DNA of 64,000 nucleotides from Azolla caroliniana (Eukaryota > Plantae > Polypodiophyta): contig JBHGNT010000004.1 in the NCBI GenBank assembly GCA_043228905.1, positions 5,084,001-5,148,000 of the forward strand. Reading direction: 5' to 3'. How positions within the stretch are numbered: position 1 is the stretch's first letter; each line of letters starts with the position of its first letter. This document shows positions 57,103 to 64,000 of this stretch, one piece after another. Position numbers and translations under genes: made by a program. The notes under the pieces were generated by a model. That model ran no database searches, was not told the origin of the DNA, and saw only the letters and a list, made by a program, of their open reading frames with translations.

Positions 57103-59311
57103 CCGGGTGAATACCAGGAGAAATTAGGAGAAATTTCACGCGAAGCTCGACAAATTTTGGTGAATGTTGAGGATTGAGGAATTGGACCAAACCAACGAAG
57201 AGATAGATAGAGATGCTGAGTTTGAGTGGCTTCAAGAGTGTTTGGTGTTTAAAAAGGTTGAGTTTGAGTGGGTTCAAGATTGTTTGGTGTTTAAAAAGGG
57301 GGGGTGTGACGAGTTTATCCACATTAAAAAAGAGAATGAGTCCAATCCACGTAGTTAAAAGACGGCTACAGTCCAATTCTACGTTTCTCTCTTCCTTTGC
57401 ACTCTCTCTCTCTCTCTCTCTCTCAATGTGCACGCTCATTCATTGGTAAAGTTCTTAAAGATCGAGAGTCACTACTACTCACTTTCACACGCGAAATATA
57501 TTATGTTTGGTCTCATAGGTCATATTTTACCTTTGAAGACAATAATAGGCTATCTATCAATCTTTATTTCTCTCTTGTCTTGCCTCGTATGCACTCCATG
57601 GCAAACATACTCTCATGACCACATCCCAATTCTTTTGCCCTTCAAACCATGGCTTCCATGTGAATCACGTGCTCCCTACCTCCTCCCCCTCCTCCATGCT
57701 ATCTATTTGAAAATGGAGAGTCATCTTTCCAATCCCTAATCATTAGTTCGTGTTCCTTCCATACCATCATCGTCAAGATATCTATGTGAATGTCGAAAAA
57801 ACGTCAATATGGCACAATGAAGAGAGGACATATAGAGACTTTTTCTTACCTCGTAGGCCTTGTCTCATAGATCACAATCGGTCTCTCAATGAAATGTTTC
57901 AATTCAACGTTAAAAAGATAACTACCTATTTGTCAGTGTGAAATGATTCGATTGACAACAAACTCTAGAGAATAATACAATTAGCTATCTAGTTAGCTAT
58001 CTTGTAGCTCTAATATTGTAGCTTGAGCCTTGTGGGGTAATGAGTGCAATGCTATCATGGTATCTATTACATCATAGTTTGAGATTTGGTTTATTTTGTC
58101 ACTCCACATTGTGACCGTCCTTTTGTGCATAAACTTTTTAATTGCCTTTAATATGGCTAGAGAGTTTTACCTATCAATTGGCGAACATTATTATTATTTG
58201 AAATGATGTGCTTATTTTCTGAAATGACTTCAGGACAATGTTCTCTAGACTTATTTGTCATATTATGATGGCTATGTTCATCTACCCACCCATACATTGG
58301 CATCTCACATGCCACTCATCCTCACCCATTTAACTTATGTATGGGCCTCTTTTACTACCCTTAGTTTGAATACTCTTAGTTATCATATACATATACATAC
58401 ATACATGTGTATGTGTGTGCGCACACACACACACACACATAAATATATGTTACACACATGAATAAACGTTCATATGTAAAAACCCCTACATATGAGGACA
58501 ATCACATCGCTTGAGCAATTGAAAACCCTAATCCAAACTCCTCCTAGCAGGATCAACTCACCTAGTCCTAAGAATGAAGTAGTTTCCATACATCCCTACT
58601 CAAAGGAGCCGGTCCATACATTTGATAAACTTTGATTTGCAATAGTTACTAATCATGTGTGCGCGGCACTACGTAGTCATATTTGTCCCTTGTTGACTTG
58701 TTCACTGCGGATCACATATGCCTTTCATACATATATTTTTATAATTGATTTCAACTTGGAAGGGCATTATTAGAAGATCCATTGTTTGAAAAAATAACAA
58801 CTATAAAGTTACACAAAAAGTAAAGCATAATATGAGAATATATAGCATAGGTCATGAATGACCTAATGAGAAGACAATTTTTTTCCTCTTCTTTCTCAAA
58901 TGATCTAAATTAGTTAAGCTAATAGAAATTTGAATGAAGAGACCATAATCTCTTTTTCGTTACTTATTTAATGTTTAACAACCATTAAAGACCTATATAA
59001 TTAAACATTTTCTTTCTCTTTGTCGTCTAAATCAGGGCTTGAATTTGACAGGTTAGTATAAAAGTTTTTTGACGGGCATTTTTTAAAGATGTATGTCATA
59101 TGACACAAGAGTCCAAAAACTAACATGTCATTTGACATACAAATTTTAATAATGAAAGTTCTATATGATGCTTCATTGTTATACATTTCATTACTATAGA
59201 AAGTGCACAACTAAATATAACTACCTTACACAGATAATAAAATACATAAAATGAATATCATTTTAATGTTTTTACTAATAACTATGAAAAAAAAATTTAG
59301 TAAAAATTTAG

Positions 59312-60500
59312 TTTTCTTTTTTTTCCAAAAAAAATCTACTTCCATTAGTTAAGAAAAAGTACATAGAATAATATACAACTCATATGTTACAAGCCACTTT
59401 GCAATGGCTACAACAAAACATCATGTATAAATGAAGCAACTAAGCCTCATCACATAATTACTCGACAGACGCCCATCAACATGAGCCTCACACACCCACA
59501 TTCAGCAAAGACACCCGCCAATCACTTCACAATTCAAGCGCACCTACCTCTATGTTTGGTACCCTAGGAGGGAACAACCATCGAGGAGGTTGATATATCC
59601 ACTTTGCATTGCCATCCACCATCTGTAACATCGGGGAACCTCTCCATTTTAGAAGGAAGCGGTATCTAGCTTATTCACTCGCATCAGAGGGCCCTTGAAG
59701 GCTATCAAACTTACCTCGTAGCGTAGAAATCGGATTAAACCAAATCATCATTAAACTCTCAGCCGATGGGGTTCGCTTCATGGTAAAAGACTCCTTACAC
59801 CTTGATACCCATACTTGCCAAACAGTAAGGCCATTCACTAAAATCCAAACATCTACGTATCGGTCCTATATGAAGAATGAATCTCCTTGAGTTGCAGGCT
59901 GAACTGTACCATTTGCCACCTTTAAAGAAGGGCTATTTCCATTCCACCCATGAAACCATGCAACCGAGTCAATAACTAACCAAACAACGGTTGTACTTGA
60001 TACCTAAACTTCAACCCTGCATCGAGCCAGAATTCTTAAGCTCCTCTTCCAAACTTCTTGGGCTTGTGGGCAGCTCCATAAACAATGTGCGATGTCCTCC
60101 AAACTCGCTCCACAGGCCTTGCAGTTACTCATGCCACCCCTTTTCCCCAGCCACTCTCCGGTTGGAACAGCCCGATGGGTGATTAGCCAAAAAAACACCT
60201 TGACCCTCTCGGGGAGGGAAGAGTTCCATATCATGCTCTTGGTTTTATCTACAAAGACCGAATCAACAGCTACATGGGTCCATTTGTTGGCACACTTCTC
60301 ACGATGCAAGCATAAATGCCTACCCAAGAGAGTTGAGAAGTCAAAGAAACCATGTGATTTACCTTGTTCGTCCCACCACACATATTTTGCAGGATCCCAT
60401 TCTAAACACTCAAGTGGCTTGCCTTCAACTACATACCAGATCCAATCCTCCTCAACCTCAACGACTGATGGTGTCAAGATTCGAACTCTTGACACGACCA
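59312..60500 (-). mobile_element. LINE (L1-type) 3' remnant with zf-RVT domain, interrupted by G
   Basis: IWNSSLPERVKVFFWLITHRAVPTGEWL..CKACGASLEDIAHCLWSCPQAQEVW in ORF 60004-60501. An A-rich tract on the minus strand near 59312-59324 may be the tail. Confidence 0.8.
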
Positions 60501-60825
60501 TGTTATAATCTAGTATTATGAGTTAACCAAGATATCTAGTACTAGTTATGTATGTAATTGGTCCTTATTATTTTGCTAGCATCATGTGCATAGTTGCTCC
60601 CTTGTAGTATTTACACTTTTGCACATGCATGCATACCTACATGCTCTATTGTAGATTCACATGCGTGCAACAAGTATGCATGCCATGTAGTATAAATAGA
60701 GGAGTTCACCTTGAAGGAATTCAAGGTGAACAACACTAGTTATGGAGTCTTTCCTTTAATACTATCTTCTTTCTTGTCCATTTGGTTATCTTCTTGCTTG
60801 TCTCTTGAGTTTATGATCCGTGACA
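60501..60825 (+). repeat. 5' LTR of G (325 bp, inferred)
   Basis: TG...CA ends, abrupt start inside the LINE reading frame, TATA box. Confidence 0.75.
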
Positions 60826-60827
60826 GT

Positions 60828-60838
60828 TTGTTCACCTT
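60828..60838 (+). promoter_or_regulatory. Self-priming PBS of G (TTGTTCACCTT)
   Basis: Exact complement of AAGGTGAACAA at 60723-60733, 32 nt after the TATA start. No TGG-initiated tRNA PBS is present. Confidence 0.75.
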
Positions 60839-60875
60839 CCCATCCTCATAGCTCTCCCTCTCATAAGCCATAGCT

Positions 60876-61892
60876 ATGTCTGACTCAACTAGTGAGTTAG
60901 GTCAAATAATGGTAGCCTTACGACAACTACAACTTGAAAATGAAGCTCTTCGAAATTCTTTACAAGAACTTCAAGTCGGTACCTCCCTATCCTCACAACC
61001 CCCGAACCCTAGTCTCCCACAACAACCTAGCCTAGAGCCTGATCTTCTACCAACATCTAGCCTAGCTTCGTCACAGTTTCTTGAGCCTAAGGTTAGCCTC
61101 CCAGAAAAATTTGATGGAACGAGGTCACGTTTCCGAGGGTTCATCAACCAAGTTCGACTTATCATTCGACTACAACCTCAACGTTATGGAGATGGTCTTC
61201 GACAAGTCGGCCTTGTGGGCACCCTTCTCTCCGGTCCGGCCCAAGCTTGGTTTGCACCATTGGTAGAAACCTCATCACCTTTATTGGAGGACTTTCCCGC
61301 CTTCCTTGCCGAGTTAGAGGCCACATTTGGAGAGACGGACCGACGACGTACAACTCTTAACAAGATTTATGCACTCGAACAAGGTTCACGTGCAGCTTCG
61401 GTCTATGCTTCCGAATTTCGACAACTAGCATGCGACGTCAATTGGGATGATCAAGCTTTAGTTGATCACTTTCGGCGCGGTCTTCGAAGCAATGTCAAGA
61501 ATCTTCTCTTAAACTTTCCGGAGCCCACCTCGTTATCCCAAGCGATTTCACAAGCAGTCCATTGTGACAATCGTCTTTTCGAATTTCGCCAAGAAGAGCG
61601 CCGGACTTGGGTTCCACCTCATTCACTTCCATGCCACGCCCCGGTCATACAACCCCAAGCATCCTCACACTCGCCTACTTCGGCAGATGCTCCTGTCCCC
61701 ATGGAAATTGATCAAGCCCGATTTCGGCCATTGACTGATGTTGAACGACAATTTCGGCGGGCTAATGGCTTGTGCATGTATTGTGGCGCGTCCGGTCATG
61801 TCGTTCGCCATTGTCCTAGGAGTACTTGCCCACAATTCCATCGAGCTAACGGACCCCAACATCCGGAAAACGACATCGTTCGGTTGCAGTAG
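60876..61892 (+). CDS. G gag (PEG10/RTL/sushi-like capsid plus CCHC knuckle), 338 aa
   Basis: EPKVSLPEKFDGTRSRFRGFINQ, LLSGPAQAW, QGSRAASVYASEFR, FRRGL, PVPMEID, LCMYCGASGHVVRHC. Confidence 0.92.
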   Translation: MSDSTSELGQIMVALRQLQLENEALRNSLQELQVGTSLSSQPPNPSLPQQPSLEPDLLPTSSLASSQFLEPKVSLPEKFDGTRSRFRGFINQVRLIIRLQPQRYGDGLRQVGLVGTLLSGPAQAWFAPLVETSSPLLEDFPAFLAELEATFGETDRRRTTLNKIYALEQGSRAASVYASEFRQLACDVNWDDQALVDHFRRGLRSNVKNLLLNFPEPTSLSQAISQAVHCDNRLFEFRQEERRTWVPPHSLPCHAPVIQPQASSHSPTSADAPVPMEIDQARFRPLTDVERQFRRANGLCMYCGASGHVVRHCPRSTCPQFHRANGPQHPENDIVRLQ

Positions 61893-64000
61893 GAGCCATG
61901 CAACTGGACATCTCCCGTCGCCCACATTCTCTTGGTTCCATTGCCGGACCATCAGGCAATTTCACATTGGAGGTATGGCTTTCGTTTAACTCTAGTTCCA
62001 TTCAGTCTGTTGCTTTACTTGATTCTGGGGCATCTTCTTGCTTCATCGACGTCGCGTTTGCCCAAGCACATGGCGTACCTGTCGTTGGCCTCTCAAAACC
62101 CATTCCAGTTGAAGCCATCGACGGGTGCGTCCTCTCGTCAGGTGCAATTACTCAAGTTACAATCCCATTAGGGCTTTGGGTGGGCTCACACCAAGAGGAG
62201 GTCACCTTTTACCTCATCGCATCTCCTCGACATCCGATCGTCTTAGGACTAACGTGGTTGGAGGCGCACAATCCAATAGTGGATTGGTGCAACCGCTCGA
62301 TCACATTTAGCAAGCCAAGATGCTCGTGCAAAAGTATGAAGGTAAATTCAGTTTCCTATCCTTCGGAGACGGTCGACTCCGAATTGACTACCCCATCATC
62401 CATCCAGGATGGGTTTGTTTGTGGCGCCATTTCTAACACACTCCATGTTATTCCCGAAAAATACCAACACTTCTCCGATGTATTTGAAAAATGTAATGCT
62501 AATCGGTTGCCTGAACACCGGCTCTACGACTGTCCGATTGATCTTCAAGAAGGTGCGTGTCCACCCTTTGGTCCTCTATATGCGTTGTCTGCACCAGAGT
62601 TGAAGGCCCTTCGTGTGTATCTCGATGAGAACCTCGAGAAAGGCTTTATTCAACCTTCTAAGTCACCAGCCAGGGCCCCCATTTTATTTGTGAAGAAGAA
62701 GGACGACTCTCTACGCTTATGCGTCGACTACCGAGGTCTCAACAAACTCACTGTGCGCAACCGCTATCCGCTACCTCTGATCCCCGAACTCCTTGATCGG
62801 CTCCGAGTTGCGCGTGTCTTCTCCAAAGTTGATCTGCGTGGAGCGTACAATCTAGTACGCATCAAGCTGGGGGATGAATGGAAAACCGCATTTCGAACAC
62901 GGTATGGGCATTTCGAATACAAGGTAATGCCTTTTGGTCTTACTAACGCTCCCACAGTTTTTCAACATATGATGAACGATATTTTCCGGGAATATCTTGA
63001 TCTTTTTGTTGTCATTTACCTCGATGATATTCTCATTTTCTCGCCAAACATGGAGGAGCACACTCGCCAAGTCCGATTAGTTCTTGCCAAACTTCGCGAG
63101 CATGGCCTTTATGCCAAAGGCGAGAAATGTGAGTTCGACCGTACCTCGATCGAATTTCTGGGCTACATCATCTCGCCCACTGGCATCGCCATGGATATGA
63201 AGAAGGTCTCTGTCATTCAGGCGTGGGCGACTCCAAGGCGACTTAAAGATGTGCAATCCTTCCTCGGCTTCGCGAATTTTTACCGTCGCTTCATCAAGGG
63301 GTTTTCCACCCTAGCACAACCTCTTATCGCTCTCACCCATAAAGGCACTCCATTTTTATGGACCTCGGAGGCACAAAATGCGTTCGACTCACTCAAACAC
63401 GCATTCATCACTGCCCCGGTGCTGCTACATGCCGACCCCACAAAACCCTTCCAAGTCGAAACCGATGCCTCTGACTTTGCCATTGGCGCCATCTTATCCC
63501 AAGCAGACGACAACAACCTAATGCACCCAGTGGCTTACTATTCCCGAAAATTTATGGCATCCGAAATCAATTATCCCATTTACGACAAGGAGCTTGCTGC
63601 TATCATTGCTGCCTTTGAAGAATGGCGACCCTACTTGGCCGGCGCACAACATCGTGTCCAGGTAGTGACTGATCATAAAAATTTAGTTTATTTTTCCACC
63701 ACTCGTACTTTGAATCGAAGGCAGGCCCGTTGGTCGACATTTCTCGCCGACTACGATTTTGAGATCGTATTTCGACCTGGTGGCCAACATGGGAAGGCTG
63801 ATGCCCTTTCTCGCCGAGCTGACCTTGCACTCTGCCCTGGGGATGCTGCTTATGCTCAACAATCTAGACGTTTGTTGAAACCCGACCAATTGCATCTGTT
63901 TGCCACTTGTATGTTGCAGGATGATTCTTTACTCCAACAAATCACTGATGCATCCAAGACCGATGCGTTCGCCAACGAGATTCGAGATAGTCTGCAAAAC
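61865..64000 (+). CDS. G pol (protease, RT, RNase H), -1 frame relative to gag, open to the window end
   Basis: Hand translation: ALLDSGASSCFID, IVLGLTWL..HNP..DW, LRLCVDYRGLN, KVDLRGAYNLVRI, VMPFGLTNAP, VIYLDD, VETDASDFAIGA. Missing from the ORF track, consistent with no stop before 64000. Confidence 0.9.

Larger units (their letters stand above)
56010..58801. repeat. Segmental duplication copy 2
   Basis: Colinear with 14453-16990, with extra blocks near 57420-57570 and 57785-57915. Confidence 0.9.
60501..64000 (+). mobile_element. Ty3/Gypsy G (Tcn1 / Tf1-sushi-like), 5' part; continues beyond the window
   Basis: LTR-like TGTTAT...GTGACA at 60501-60825 with TATAAATA at 60691, then PEG10/sushi-type gag and -1 frame pol. 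Second LTR and TSD are outside the window. Confidence 0.88.

Overview
AT-rich land-plant nuclear DNA. The retroelement mix suggests a seed-free plant such as a fern, which is an inference. Host genes: a 3-exon plastid fructose-1,6-bisphosphatase of the redox-independent cpFBPase-II type (2181-4931), a DUF1644 zinc-finger gene with a 5'-UTR intron and a candidate peptide uORF (9842-10999), and two ~97% identical membrane-anchored dirigent-like genes (14633-15328 and 56187-56882). The dirigent pair was originally a ~5-kb tandem duplication. It is now separated by a 36.4-kb nest of six LTR retrotransposons, each with both LTRs and a matching TSD: Copia A contains chromovirus B, which contains Athila-like C, which contains fungal-type Gypsy D; A also contains Copia E, which contains Copia F. 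A seventh element, G (Tcn1/sushi-like Gypsy), starts at 60501 inside a LINE remnant and runs off the window. Most notable: (i) G has no tRNA PBS but an 11-nt self-priming signal and a -1 frameshift pseudoknot; (ii) D has a tRNA-Trp PBS, a 4-bp TSD, a gag-protease/-1/pol layout and Ylt1-like fungal motifs; (iii) C carries a ~957-aa extra 3' ORF with its own TATA box and has no normal PPT. All family assignments come from motif recognition by eye; no searches were run.
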